Source: Planctomycetota bacterium (GTDB lineage Bacteria; Planctomycetota; B15-G4; SIAN01). Taken from it: a stretch of DNA of 64,000 nt. Where the stretch lies: the NCBI GenBank assembly GCA_031409275.1, contig JANNXA010000055.1, positions 288,001 through 352,000 of the forward strand, in the 5' to 3' direction. The notes below the pieces were generated by a model that was not told the DNA's origin, did not search any database, and saw only the letters and a list, made by a program, of their open reading frames with translations. Within the stretch, counting starts at the first letter, position 1, and every line of letters begins with the position of its first letter. Below are positions 37,555 through 47,679 of this stretch, piece after piece. The position numbers and the translations under genes were made by a program.

Positions 37555-40500
37555 AGCGTCCACCGCTCCCCGAGCTCGCCCGCCAGCGCGTCGTGATCTT
37601 CGACGGCGGCATGGGTACGTCGTTGATGAACCGCAAGCTGCCGCTCGCCGACTACCTCGACTGCGAGAACTGCTCGGAGACGGTGAACCTCGGCCGCCCG
37701 GACGTGATCGAGTCGATCCACCGCGACTTCTTCGCCGCTGGCAGCGACGCGGTCGAGACCAACACGTTCGGCGCCAATGAAGTGGTGCTGGCCGAGTTCA
37801 ACCTCGCGGCACGGACGCGCGAGATCAACCGCATCGCGGCGCAGCTGGCGCGCAAGGCAGCCGACGCCTTCGAGACGGCGGAACGGCCGCGCTACGTCGT
37901 CGGATCGATCGGGCCCGGCACGCGGCTGCCGTCGCTCGGCCACACCACCTTCGCAGTGCTCGAGAAAAGCTACCACGAGCAGACGCAGGGGCTCCTCGAC
38001 GGCGACGTCGACGCGGTGCTGATCGAGACGTGCCAGGACATCCTGCAGACCAAGGCCGCGCTGTGCGGAGTGCTCGCAGCCTTCGAGGCGCGCAAGAAGC
38101 GCGTGCCGATCATGGTGCAGGTCACCATGGAGACCACCGGCACGATGCTGGTCGGCACCGAGCTGTCGGCGGCGCTCGTCGCGCTCGAGCCCTATCCCAT
38201 CGACGTGATCGGGCTGAACTGCGCGACGGGCCCGCAGGAGATGGGCGAACACGTGGCCTACCTCTGCCGCCACGCGCCGATGCTGGTCTCCTGCCAGCCC
38301 AACGCCGGCCTGCCGCAGATGGTCGACGGTCAGCCCCACTACCCGCTCAAGCCGGCCGACCTCGCGCGCTGGCTCGAACGGTTCGTGCGCGAGGATGGCG
38401 TGCGCATCGTCGGCGGCTGCTGCGGCACCACGCCCGAACACCTGCGCGCCGTGGCGAAGGCGTGCGCCGGGCTGGCTCCGGCCGCGCAGTCGCCGACCTG
38501 GGTGCCATCGTTGTCGAGCCTCTACGGCGCGGTGACGATCCGCCAAGACAGCTCGTTCCTGATCATCGGCGAGCGCACCAACGCCAACGGCAGCAAGCAG
38601 TTCAAGAAGCTGCTGGAGAAGGGCGACCACGACGGCATGGTCGCGATGGGACGCGAGCAGCTCGCCGAGGGAGCGCACGTCGTCGATCTCTGCACGGCCT
38701 ACGTCGGACGCGACGAGGTGGTCGACATGTGCGACGCGGTGAAGCGTTTCTCGACGCAGGTCTCCGCCCCGCTCTCGATCGATTCGACCGAGGCGCCGGT
38801 GCTCGAGGCCGCGCTCGCGCTCTGCGGCGGCCGCTCGCTGATCAACTCGATCCACATGGAGGATGGCGAGGAGCGCATGGCTCGCGTCCTGCCGCTCGCG
38901 AAGAAGTTCGGCGCCGCCGTCGTCGCGCTGACCATCGACGAGAAGGGGATGGCGAAGGAGCGCGACGAGAAGGTCGCGGTCGCCGAGCGCATCGTCGGTC
39001 TCGCCTGCCGCAAATGGGGCCTGCGCCCCTCCGACATCCTGATCGACCCGCTCACCTTCACCATCTGCACCGGCAACGAGGACGACCGCAAGCTCGGCCT
39101 TTGGACGCTCGAAGGGATCGAGCAGATCAAGCAGCGGATGCCGGAATGCCACACGCTGCTCGGCCTGTCGAACATCTCGTTCGGGCTGAAGCCGCCGGCG
39201 CGCCACGTGCTCAACTCCGTCTTCCTCCACCATGCACGCCTGCGTGGACTCGACGCCGCGATCGTCCACGCGGCGAAGATCAAGCCGCTCTACCAGATCC
39301 CGGAACAGCACCGGCAGGTGGCCGAGGACCTGATCTTCGATCGGCGCCGCCCGAGCTACGACCCGCTGCACGAGCTGATCGGCCTGTTCGAGAACGTCGT
39401 CGAGGAGCGGTCGGCGCGGCCGGTCGCGCTCAGCATCGAAGAGCGCCTGAAGGAGCGCATCGTCCGCGGCGAGCGGCCGGGCATCGAAGTCGACCTCGAG
39501 CAGGCGCTCGAGCGCTACGCGCCGCTCGCGATCATCAACGACCTGCTGCTCGACGGCATGAAGACGGTCGGCGAGCTGTTCGCCAGCGGCGAGATGCAGC
39601 TGCCCTTCGTGCTGCAGTCGGCGGAGACGATGAAAGCGGCGGTCGCTTTCCTCGAACCGAAGATGGAGCGCAAAGCGGGCGACAGCAAGGGACGCATCGT
39701 GCTCGCCACCGTGCGCGGCGACGTCCACGACATCGGCAAGAACCTCGTCGACATCATCCTCAGCAACAACGGCTACACGATCTACAACCTCGGCATCAAG
39801 CAGCCGCTCTCGACGATGCTGGAAGCGGCGCGGACGCATGCCGCCCACGCCATCGGCATGTCGGGACTGCTGGTGAAGTCGACGGTCGTGATGAAGGAGA
39901 ACCTCGAGGAGATGAACCGGCTCGGCATCACCTTGCCGGTGATCCTCGGTGGCGCGGCGCTCACCCGCGGCTACGTCGAGCGCGACCTGCGCGCGATCTA
40001 CAAGGGGCCGTTGTCGTACGCACGCGACGCGTTCGAGGGGCTCGAGCTCGCCGGTCGCATCTGCGCGTCCGAGCCGGTGAGCGCGCAGGCGAGCACCGCG
40101 GCGGCGACGGCCCTCGCGAGCGGCGCCGCCGGTGCCGAGGATGCCCGGCAGGACGCCGGTGCCGCCGCCGAGGCAGCGAGCGCCGGGCTCGCGCCGGTCG
40201 AACTGCCGCGCACCTTCTCGCTGCGCGAGCGGCCGATCGTCCACGACGAGGCGCTCGCGCCTCCCGTCGTGCTCGACGTGGTCCCGGTTCCCGACGTGCC
40301 GTTCTTCGGCACGCGCGTGGTCGAGAAGATCTCGCTGCAGTCGCTCGTCCCGCTGATGAACGAGCGCCTCCTGTTCCAGTTCCAGTGGGGCTTCAAACGC
40401 GGCGCCCACAGCGAGGCGGAATGGAAGGCGCAGCTCGAGGAGCACGCCCGGCCGGCCTACCTCGAATTGCTGAAGCGTTGCGCGCAGGAGGAGATCCTGC

Positions 40501-41078
40501 AACCGAAGGCGATCTACGGCCTCTTCCCGTGCCAGAGCGTCGGCGAAACGCTGATCGTGTACGACGAGACGGCCACGCGCGAGGTCGCGCGCATGTACTT
40601 CCCGCGCCAACTGCGCGGGGCGCGCCGCTGCATCGCCGACTTCTTCCGACCGGTCGACTCCGGCGAGATGGACGTGATCGGCATCCAGCTCGTCACGGTC
40701 GGCCAGCGCGCCAGCGACATCGCGCGCACCTGGTTTCGCGCCAACCGCTACCGCGACTACCTCTACCTGCACGGCCTGTCGGTCGAGATGGCGGAGGCGC
40801 TCGCCGAGTACATCCACCGCCAGATCCGCAGCGACCTCGGCATCGCCGGCGAAGACGCGCGCGACCTCGGCGCGATGCTGCGGCAGGGCTACCACGGCTC
40901 GCGCTACAGCTTCGGCTACCCAGCGTGCCCCGACCTCTCGATGCAGACCGTGCTGAACCGGCTGCTCGGGGCGCATCGCATCGGCGTGACGCTGAGCGAG
41001 GAGTTCCAGCTCGATCCGGAGCAGAGCACCTCGGCGATCGTGGTGCACCACCGGCAGGCGAAGTACTTCGCGGTTTGA
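37551..41078 (+). CDS. metH: B12-dependent methionine synthase
   Basis: DGGMGT, GLNCATGP, GGCCGTTP, IIGERTNANGSK, GDVHDIGKNLV, RYSFGYPACP, PEQSTSA. ATGA overlap with the regulator gene. Confidence 0.97.
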   Translation: MKRPPLPELARQRVVIFDGGMGTSLMNRKLPLADYLDCENCSETVNLGRPDVIESIHRDFFAAGSDAVETNTFGANEVVLAEFNLAARTREINRIAAQLARKAADAFETAERPRYVVGSIGPGTRLPSLGHTTFAVLEKSYHEQTQGLLDGDVDAVLIETCQDILQTKAALCGVLAAFEARKKRVPIMVQVTMETTGTMLVGTELSAALVALEPYPIDVIGLNCATGPQEMGEHVAYLCRHAPMLVSCQPNAGLPQMVDGQPHYPLKPADLARWLERFVREDGVRIVGGCCGTTPEHLRAVAKACAGLAPAAQSPTWVPSLSSLYGAVTIRQDSSFLIIGERTNANGSKQFKKLLEKGDHDGMVAMGREQLAEGAHVVDLCTAYVGRDEVVDMCDAVKRFSTQVSAPLSIDSTEAPVLEAALALCGGRSLINSIHMEDGEERMARVLPLAKKFGAAVVALTIDEKGMAKERDEKVAVAERIVGLACRKWGLRPSDILIDPLTFTICTGNEDDRKLGLWTLEGIEQIKQRMPECHTLLGLSNISFGLKPPARHVLNSVFLHHARLRGLDAAIVHAAKIKPLYQIPEQHRQVAEDLIFDRRRPSYDPLHELIGLFENVVEERSARPVALSIEERLKERIVRGERPGIEVDLEQALERYAPLAIINDLLLDGMKTVGELFASGEMQLPFVLQSAETMKAAVAFLEPKMERKAGDSKGRIVLATVRGDVHDIGKNLVDIILSNNGYTIYNLGIKQPLSTMLEAARTHAAHAIGMSGLLVKSTVVMKENLEEMNRLGITLPVILGGAALTRGYVERDLRAIYKGPLSYARDAFEGLELAGRICASEPVSAQASTAAATALASGAAGAEDARQDAGAAAEAASAGLAPVELPRTFSLRERPIVHDEALAPPVVLDVVPVPDVPFFGTRVVEKISLQSLVPLMNERLLFQFQWGFKRGAHSEAEWKAQLEEHARPAYLELLKRCAQEEILQPKAIYGLFPCQSVGETLIVYDETATREVARMYFPRQLRGARRCIADFFRPVDSGEMDVIGIQLVTVGQRASDIARTWFRANRYRDYLYLHGLSVEMAEALAEYIHRQIRSDLGIAGEDARDLGAMLRQGYHGSRYSFGYPACPDLSMQTVLNRLLGAHRIGVTLSEEFQLDPEQSTSAIVVHHRQAKYFAV

Positions 41079-41217
41079 AGCCGACGGGGGCTGCGGCCCC
41101 CGCGGCTCAAACCGTCGAAGACGAGACCGCGCGGTGCGCGGCTCGCTTCGACTGCGTTGCACCTGACGATCGGCGCGGCGCGCCGCTCGCAGGTGAACCG
41201 GGGGCGGGGTGGTGGGC

Positions 41218-41289
41218 GTGCGGCTGCGGGTACGCAGCGCACGGCGAGAGCGGGACGGGGGTGGAGGTGCGGCTGCGGGGACGCAGCGC
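41218..41289. repeat. Two REP-like hairpin direct repeats in a G-rich intergenic region
   Basis: GTGCGGCTGCGGG(T/G)ACGCAGCGC at 41218-41240 and 41267-41289, each folding as GCTGCG-N4-CGCAGC. Confidence 0.7.
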
Positions 41290-41352
41290 GCAGAACGGCA
41301 GAGTCGGGAATTGGGAGCAGGCGGACGGAGCGGCGGTAAGTTGCTCGGCCCT

Positions 41353-42147
41353 ATGGCGAAGCACGAATCGATCGACTGGTACGACACGCCGCTGCTCTAC
41401 GACATCGTCTTCGAAGAGGACACGAAGAAGGAGGGCGACTTCCTCGAGCAGGCGTTCGAGCGTTTCGGGCGCGTGGCGCGAGTGCGCTCGCCGCGGCGAG
41501 TGCTCGAGCCGGCGTGCGGCAGCGGCCGGCTGATCGTCGAGATGGCGAAACGTGGCTGGCGGCCGACCGGCTTCGATCTGAGCCAGCCGATGCTCGACTT
41601 CGCGGCCAAGCGCCTCGCCGATGCGGATCTCGAAGCGACGTTGAAGGTCGCGCGGATGGAGTCGTTCTCTTTTCGCGAGAAGTTCGAGCTCGCCCACTGC
41701 TTCGTCTCGACCTTCAAGTACCTGCTCGACGAGGCCTCCGCGAAGAGCCACCTCGAGGCCGTGGCGGAGGCGCTGCTGCCGGGCGGCCTCTACCTGCTCG
41801 GATTCCATCTGACCGACTACGAGTGGGATGCCTGCCAGCACGAACGTTGGGTTGGCACGCGCGAGCAGGTGAAGGTCGTCTGCAACATCCGCAGCTGGCC
41901 CCCGGAACAGGCCAAGCGCCGCGAGAAGGTGCGCTCGCGGATGACGGTGACGGAGGCGGGGCGCGTGCGCCACACCGAGACGAGCTGGTGGTTCCGCACC
42001 TACGACGCGGCGCAGGCGAAGCGGCTGCTGCGCTCGGTGCCGGCGCTGGAACACGTGGCCACCTACGACTTCTGCTACGACTGGACGCAGCCGCGCGACC
42101 TCGACGACAAGCAGCTCGACACGCTGCTGATCCTGCGCAAGCGCTGA
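41353..42147 (+). CDS. Class I SAM-dependent methyltransferase
   Basis: VLEPACGSGR, GFDLSQPML, LLPGGLY. Confidence 0.9.
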   Translation: MAKHESIDWYDTPLLYDIVFEEDTKKEGDFLEQAFERFGRVARVRSPRRVLEPACGSGRLIVEMAKRGWRPTGFDLSQPMLDFAAKRLADADLEATLKVARMESFSFREKFELAHCFVSTFKYLLDEASAKSHLEAVAEALLPGGLYLLGFHLTDYEWDACQHERWVGTREQVKVVCNIRSWPPEQAKRREKVRSRMTVTEAGRVRHTETSWWFRTYDAAQAKRLLRSVPALEHVATYDFCYDWTQPRDLDDKQLDTLLILRKR

Positions 42148-42175
42148 ACGCTTCCGTCGGAGCGCGGCGCGCCGC

Positions 42176-43645
42176 TCAGCCGCCGCGGGCCCACTGCTCG
42201 GCGAGGCGCACGAGCGTGCGCACCCCCATGCCGTTGCCGCCCTTCGGCGTCTCCGGACGGCCACGGTCTTCCCACGCGTAGAGGTCGACGTGCGCGAAGG
42301 GCAGACCGCCGGCGAAGCGGCGCAAGAAGAGCGCCGCGGTGATCGCTCCGGCGCGCTTCTCGCTGCCGACGTGATTCACGTCCGCGATCGACGAGTCGAG
42401 GTGGCGGTCGTAGGGCTCGTGAAGCGGCAGACGCCAGACCGGCTCGTCGCTCGCGAGCGCTGCGGCCGCGACCGCGGCGGCGAGCGGCTCGTCGCTGCAG
42501 AAGAAGGCCGGCAGGTCGGGACCGAGCGCGGCGCGCGCCGAGCCGGTCAGCGTCGCGTAGTCGATCAGGCGCGCGGCCTTCTGCTCGCGCGCGTAGCCGA
42601 GCGCATCGGCGAGGAGCAGGCGCCCCTCGGCGTCGGTGTTGCCGATCTCAACCGTGGTCCCGTCGTAGGCGGTGAGGATGTCGCCAGGCCGAAACGCGTC
42701 GGGGCCGACCATGTTCTCGGCCGACGGCAGCACGGCAAGGAACGGCAGGTCGATGGCCAACTGCCCGATCGCCTCGAGCGCGCCGATCACCGTCGCCGCT
42801 CCGCCCATGTCCTTCTTCATCAGCTCCATCGCATCGGCCGGTTTCAAGTCGAGGCCACCGCTGTCGAAGGTGACCCCCTTGCCGATGAATGCCACGGCCG
42901 GCGGCGCAACGCCGCGGCGCACCAACGTCACGGTCGGCGGCTTGGCGCTCGAACGGCCGACGGCGGCGACCATGCGAAAGCCGCGAGCCGCGACCTCGGC
43001 ACCGCGCAGCACCTCGACTCCGAACCCATGGCGACGGGCCACTGCGGCCGCCGCATCGGCAAGTTGATCGGGACCGAGTTCTTCCGCGGACGCGTTCACC
43101 AGGTCCCGTGCGAGCGTCATGCCAGCGACGTGGGCACGCGCGCGGGCGAGCGCCGTCGCGGCGACCTCTGCGGGCACGGCGGCCACCAGCACGACCTCGT
43201 GCGGAGCTGCGGCGGTCGCCGGCTTGCCGCTGCGGCGAAAGCGGTAGCTCGCCAGCAGAAGGCCTTCGGCCAACGCCACGAGCGTGGCGACAGCGTCGCT
43301 GGCGAGTGGCGCCGCGGGCACGATCAGCGCGACCTGGCTGCCGGGCGCAAGCTGCTGAGCGGCGAACGCCGCCGCACTGCGCAGCGCTGCCGACGAACGG
43401 CCGGCGCCCTCGCGTCCGCACAAGAGGCCGTGGCTGCCATCGGCGGCGCTCCACGGCAACGCCTGCCCCGCCTTCGCATCGAAGCGCGTGAAGCTCGCGA
43501 GACGGGTGATGGCGGCCTGAGCCGGCGCCGATAGGCCCGGCGTTCCTTGTTCCTTCCACCGCCCCCACTCGGCGGCGTCGAGCAGGTCGACGCGCAATCG
43601 CGCCCCTGCGTCGGTTGCGATCGAGATCTTCGCCTGCTCGGACAT
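42176..43645 (-). CDS. pepA: Leucyl aminopeptidase (M17)
   Basis: GKGVTFDSGG, MKKDMGG, NTDAEGRLLLAD, ATLTG. Confidence 0.9.
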   Translation of the reverse strand: MSEQAKISIATDAGARLRVDLLDAAEWGRWKEQGTPGLSAPAQAAITRLASFTRFDAKAGQALPWSAADGSHGLLCGREGAGRSSAALRSAAAFAAQQLAPGSQVALIVPAAPLASDAVATLVALAEGLLLASYRFRRSGKPATAAAPHEVVLVAAVPAEVAATALARARAHVAGMTLARDLVNASAEELGPDQLADAAAAVARRHGFGVEVLRGAEVAARGFRMVAAVGRSSAKPPTVTLVRRGVAPPAVAFIGKGVTFDSGGLDLKPADAMELMKKDMGGAATVIGALEAIGQLAIDLPFLAVLPSAENMVGPDAFRPGDILTAYDGTTVEIGNTDAEGRLLLADALGYAREQKAARLIDYATLTGSARAALGPDLPAFFCSDEPLAAAVAAAALASDEPVWRLPLHEPYDRHLDSSIADVNHVGSEKRAGAITAALFLRRFAGGLPFAHVDLYAWEDRGRPETPKGGNGMGVRTLVRLAEQWARGG

Positions 43646-43684
43646 CGTCGCGCTCCCCGTCGAAGCGCAGGAGCGTAGCGGGCG

Positions 43685-43737
43685 AAGAAACACTTCGCGC
43701 CGGCGTCCGGGAGGGAGCCCGAAAGCCGGCGCGAAGT
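43685..43737 (-). terminator. Intrinsic terminator-like hairpin after the metallopeptidase gene
   Basis: 13-bp stem ACTTCGCGCCGGC/GCCGGCGCGAAGT followed on the minus strand by GTTTCTT. Confidence 0.6.
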
Positions 43738-43811
43738 CGATCGCGGATCGATTGCGATCGCCGCGGACGGAGCGCGGGGTGAGCCGCGCCCCGCCCGGGG
43801 ATCCGATGAAA

Positions 43812-45560
43812 CTAGTAGTAGCCCGGGTAGCCCTGAGCCTCGAAGCCCTGCTCGATGTCCGTCGAGTTGGGCGTGCCGTCGTCAATATTTCCGTTGTTGT
43901 CGTCGAGCGTCAGGATCTGCGACTCGTTCGTGTCGCAGATCTTGGTGGCGTTGTAGCCGGTGTACCACGCGTGGAAGAGCGTGTCGGCGATGAGGTCGCC
44001 GGCCGCGTCACCGAGCGAGTTGTTCAGCTCGACACGGACCTTCCAGAACGCGCCCATCAGCACTTCGCCATCGGCGTGGACTTCGCCGTAGCAGCCGGCG
44101 CCGCAGCTGCCGCAGTACTGGCGCGTGTTGTTGCCGCTGCGGATGTAGCCGCCGCCGGTGAAGAACTCATCGCCGACGATCGGATCGTCGTAGATGTACA
44201 TCGCCCATACGTCGGCCGAGCCTTCGCCAAAGCCGTCCGGGCCATTGCCCGAGCCGTACTTGTCGTTCGCCCAGTGGCCAGTCTCGTGCGCAATGACGGT
44301 CGAGTAGCAAGTGTTGTTGCAGCCGCCGCCCTTGCGGTAGTAGTTGGTCGAGCTGCCGTTGTAGTAGGCGTTGCAGCTCGAGTTCTGGTTGACGTTCAGC
44401 TTCTGCTTGAAGTCCATCTTCGTGTCGGCGGGATCGAGCGTCTTGACCCATTCCCGGAAGATCACGGCGTGGCGCTGGGCGTTCATTTCGCCCGTGTTGT
44501 ATTCCGTCGGGGAGGCGTTCAGCCCGGTGTAGTGCGTGACGCCTGGGGTGACCGAGGCGCTCTTGGTGAAGTCTGCGCCGCCCTGGTCGTCGACATGCGC
44601 GAACGTCGAGGCCGATCCGAACTCCCAGGTCACGGTCTGGGTCGAGGTGCCGCCGTAGGTGATGGTCCAAAGACCCGCCATGTCGGTGTCGGTGTTGCCG
44701 ACCGCCGAATTGACGTCGCCACGACCGAGCAGGAAACGCTGGACCGGGTTGGCGGCCGTGTCCGGCTTGGTGCCGGGAGTCGCCCACTGGCGCGTCTCAC
44801 CCTTCAGGTCGATGAGGGTGTGGATCATGTTCTCGCGCTTGAGGATCGTGCCGTCCTTCGCATCGACGTAGATCGTCTCCTGCACCGGCAGACCCTTCGC
44901 GGCATCGAAGCCGCCGTCGAGCTCGACCAGCCAGGCCAGGCGGCCGGCATTGCCGAGACCGGCACGCACGATCATGAAGTCGACGCCGACGACGCGCGCC
45001 GCGCGTCCGAAGGCGTTCATCGCCCGCATCGTGGCGACGTCATCGCCGATCGTCGGAGCGGGATTGATCTCCGCCGCGTTCGGGACGCTGTTGTTCTCGA
45101 TGCCGATGATGGCACCGTCCGCGTTGAAGAGCACCGAGACGTTGCCGCCCTTGACCGCGACGCCCGAGACCCACTGCGAGAAGTTGACCGAGACCTTGTC
45201 GGTCGAGCCGATCTTCGACAGACGGATGTGGTTGACTTCCTCGGTCAACAGCGTGGAAGAGTCCCCGCCGAAGAGACCCGGGAACGCGTCCACGAAACGA
45301 CGCGCAGCCGCCTCGTAGTCGGCGTCGCTCTGCGGCACGCCGAACAAGCGGATCGGCTTGCCGAAGATGAACGTCGGGAAACCGCTGTCGAAGTCCCAGT
45401 TCGCGCGAAGCCCCGGAACTTCGTCACGCAGCATCGCGAAGGCGGAGTCGGCATCGCTTGCCGAATACTCGCCCGCGAATGCAATCCCGGACGAGCTCAG
45501 CGCGAGTGCGCACGCCAGCCCGCTCCGCCAATTTCGACGCCCATCACCCTGTCGAGTCAT
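43812..45560 (-). CDS. Secreted thermolysin/fungalysin-like (M4/M36) metallopeptidase with propeptide
   Basis: Signal peptide, FTP/PepSY-like prodomain (IYVDAKDGTIL), CNAYYNG, VIAHETGH, GEGSAD, EVHADG. Confidence 0.85.
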   Translation of the reverse strand: MTRQGDGRRNWRSGLACALALSSSGIAFAGEYSASDADSAFAMLRDEVPGLRANWDFDSGFPTFIFGKPIRLFGVPQSDADYEAAARRFVDAFPGLFGGDSSTLLTEEVNHIRLSKIGSTDKVSVNFSQWVSGVAVKGGNVSVLFNADGAIIGIENNSVPNAAEINPAPTIGDDVATMRAMNAFGRAARVVGVDFMIVRAGLGNAGRLAWLVELDGGFDAAKGLPVQETIYVDAKDGTILKRENMIHTLIDLKGETRQWATPGTKPDTAANPVQRFLLGRGDVNSAVGNTDTDMAGLWTITYGGTSTQTVTWEFGSASTFAHVDDQGGADFTKSASVTPGVTHYTGLNASPTEYNTGEMNAQRHAVIFREWVKTLDPADTKMDFKQKLNVNQNSSCNAYYNGSSTNYYRKGGGCNNTCYSTVIAHETGHWANDKYGSGNGPDGFGEGSADVWAMYIYDDPIVGDEFFTGGGYIRSGNNTRQYCGSCGAGCYGEVHADGEVLMGAFWKVRVELNNSLGDAAGDLIADTLFHAWYTGYNATKICDTNESQILTLDDNNGNIDDGTPNSTDIEQGFEAQGYPGYY

Positions 45561-45914
45561 GTGCTGATCCTTCTGGTGAACCTGACAAGACGCCGAAAGC
45601 GAGCCTCGCACCAGCGAGGAAGGACCCGCCGACGACGCGCCACTGAAGCAGAAGTGAAGCGGACCGAACTCGTCGATCGCGATCGAACCGGACTGCCGGG
45701 CGTAGCGCTCGGTTCGAGACTTGATCCAAAGGAAACCGTGTCGTTCCCAATGAGAAGCCGCCACATGGTAGGCACGCCCAACGATCGCGCCAGCGTTGCG
45801 TGGAGAGTCACGCCGAGCGGTCGTCCGGCCGCTAGAACTTGCGCCTTGAATGGCCTAGAGGTTGTGCGACGCTCACCGTAGGCGCGATGGTTCGAACTTT
45901 TTTCGGATCCAGCG

Positions 45915-46565
45915 ATGGCTGCCGCGGAAAACTCCGCTCCGACCCCTCCCCCGCGCCGTCTCTTCTTCGCCGCCGGGCTGCGCGCCCTGTTCCGAGGAGT
46001 CGAGTCGGCATCGACGTCGCTCCAGGGGGTCTTGCCGCAGGCGCAGAAGGCGCTGGCCAAGTTGCGCCCGCCGAGCAGCGAGCCGCTCTTGCGCCCGCCA
46101 GGAGCCCTGCCCGAGGTGACGTTCGCGGCGACCTGCCAGCGCAGCGGTGAGTGCGTGACCGCCTGCCCGGTCCACGCGTTGCGGCCGCTGCGCTCTCCCG
46201 ACCCGACGCGCGACGGGACGCCCTACCTCGTTCCGAGCCAGCAAGCGTGCGTCGTCTGCGAGGACCTGTCGTGCATGAAGGCGTGTCCGAGCGGCGCGCT
46301 GACGCTGGTGGCCAAGGAGGCGATCCGCATCGGCCTCGCCCAGGTCCACTTCGACGACTGCCGGCGCAGTTTCGGCGAGCCGTGCCGCGAGTGCGTCGAC
46401 CGGTGCCCGCTCGGCAGCGCCGCGATCCGACTCGACGAGCGCGGCCGAGTGGAAGTGAGCGCCAGCGGTTGCGTCGGCTGCGGCGTGTGCGAGTACTTCT
46501 GCCCGACCGCGCCGCGCGCGATCACGATCCAGGCTTTCGCGGCGCCTCCGGCTCGAGCCCGATGA
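45915..46565 (+). CDS. NapG/MauM/NapF-like polyferredoxin
   Basis: LRPPGAL, four Cys clusters: CQRSGECVTACP, CVVC...CMKACPSGAL, CRECVDRCP, CVGCGVCEYFCP. Confidence 0.85.
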   Translation: MAAAENSAPTPPPRRLFFAAGLRALFRGVESASTSLQGVLPQAQKALAKLRPPSSEPLLRPPGALPEVTFAATCQRSGECVTACPVHALRPLRSPDPTRDGTPYLVPSQQACVVCEDLSCMKACPSGALTLVAKEAIRIGLAQVHFDDCRRSFGEPCRECVDRCPLGSAAIRLDERGRVEVSASGCVGCGVCEYFCPTAPRAITIQAFAAPPARAR

Positions 46566-47484
46566 GTTCGCACGGAATCGCTTGCTGCACGGCGTCGACC
46601 TGGTCCGCGGGCGCCTTCAACAGAGCGTCGAGACCGGCGAACAACGTCTGCACCGCCTGCTCACGCGAGTAGCTGACCAGCGCCAGCCGCGCCCCCGTCG
46701 TCCGCGCATCGGTCTGCAGCGCCGGATCGTCGCTGATGCCCGCAACGCATGCGGTCGCCGCCAGCCCGCCTCGCTTCACTGCAGCGATCGCGACCGCCGT
46801 GCTCTGCGGATCGCCCGCGATCACCGCGTCGATCCGCTCCATGCGCGCCATCAAGGCGAGCAGCCGCTCCAGCGTGTCCTCGTTCGAGAAGCCGAGGGGA
46901 TGACGCAACCGAACTTCGACCTTGCCGAGCCGCTGCTCGACCGCCCGGATCGCGAATTCGGCGCGCTTGCGCGATTCGGGCCAGCGCGCATCCTCGACCA
47001 CGATGACGCACGGCTCCGTCACGCCGTCGGCCGCCAGGCGCGCGGCCACGCGCTCGCCCGCTTCGCTGGCCAACATCGAGCTCGGGACCCCGACCCAGGC
47101 ACCGCTGAGCGCATCCCCGTGAAGCGCGAGCAGCAGCGGCACCTCGCGATCGGCCGCGAGTCGACGCGCGCGCTGCAACAGGTCGGGCGCCGCCGGAAAG
47201 AAGACGATCGCTTCGACTTTCAGATCTACGAGCGCCAGCACCGCCGCCTCGGTCGCCGTCGCACTGCCGTAGCCCGGACGCACGTCGAGCTCGCGCCCGC
47301 GGCGGCGCGCCTCGTCCAGAAGCAGCGCCTCGAGTCCATCCTGCGGCTCACCCAGGACGACGCCGAGGCGCGGCAGCGCCTTCGGTGGCGCCACTGCGCC
47401 GGGATCGGCGACCGCCGCCGGCTTGTCGCCGCACGCCGCCGCTGCCAGCGCGCACCACGACCACGCCGCGAGCCGGCGACCCAT
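46522..47484 (-). CDS. Lipoprotein, divergent sugar-type periplasmic binding protein
   Basis: Lipobox-like LAAAAC, AVLALVDLKVEAIVF, IDAVIAGD. Overlaps the convergent ferredoxin gene by 44 bp. Confidence 0.6.
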   Translation of the reverse strand: MGRRLAAWSWCALAAAACGDKPAAVADPGAVAPPKALPRLGVVLGEPQDGLEALLLDEARRRGRELDVRPGYGSATATEAAVLALVDLKVEAIVFFPAAPDLLQRARRLAADREVPLLLALHGDALSGAWVGVPSSMLASEAGERVAARLAADGVTEPCVIVVEDARWPESRKRAEFAIRAVEQRLGKVEVRLRHPLGFSNEDTLERLLALMARMERIDAVIAGDPQSTAVAIAAVKRGGLAATACVAGISDDPALQTDARTTGARLALVSYSREQAVQTLFAGLDALLKAPADQVDAVQQAIPCELIGLEPEAPRKPGS

Positions 47485-47679
47485 CGTTTCACTCGCCAAT
47501 TGGAGCTCCCGATCCCTGCGACCCTTCTCGATCGGGGCGCGATCATGCAATCCTTCGGCCGCCGACCATCGGGCGCAAGGCGGGCCGCTGAATCTGAGCG
47601 ATCGCGTCCGGAGAAGCGCGATCTCGCGCGCACCCAACGCGGCTCCGGGCGGCCGCCGGGCGAGGCCGCCGATTTCTTG

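Noticed and set aside
37530..41533. Very long antisense and alternative-frame ORFs over metH (1285 aa, 1167 aa) and similar ones across the window
   Set aside because: Shadow ORFs expected from high GC and strong codon bias, with no recognisable motifs.
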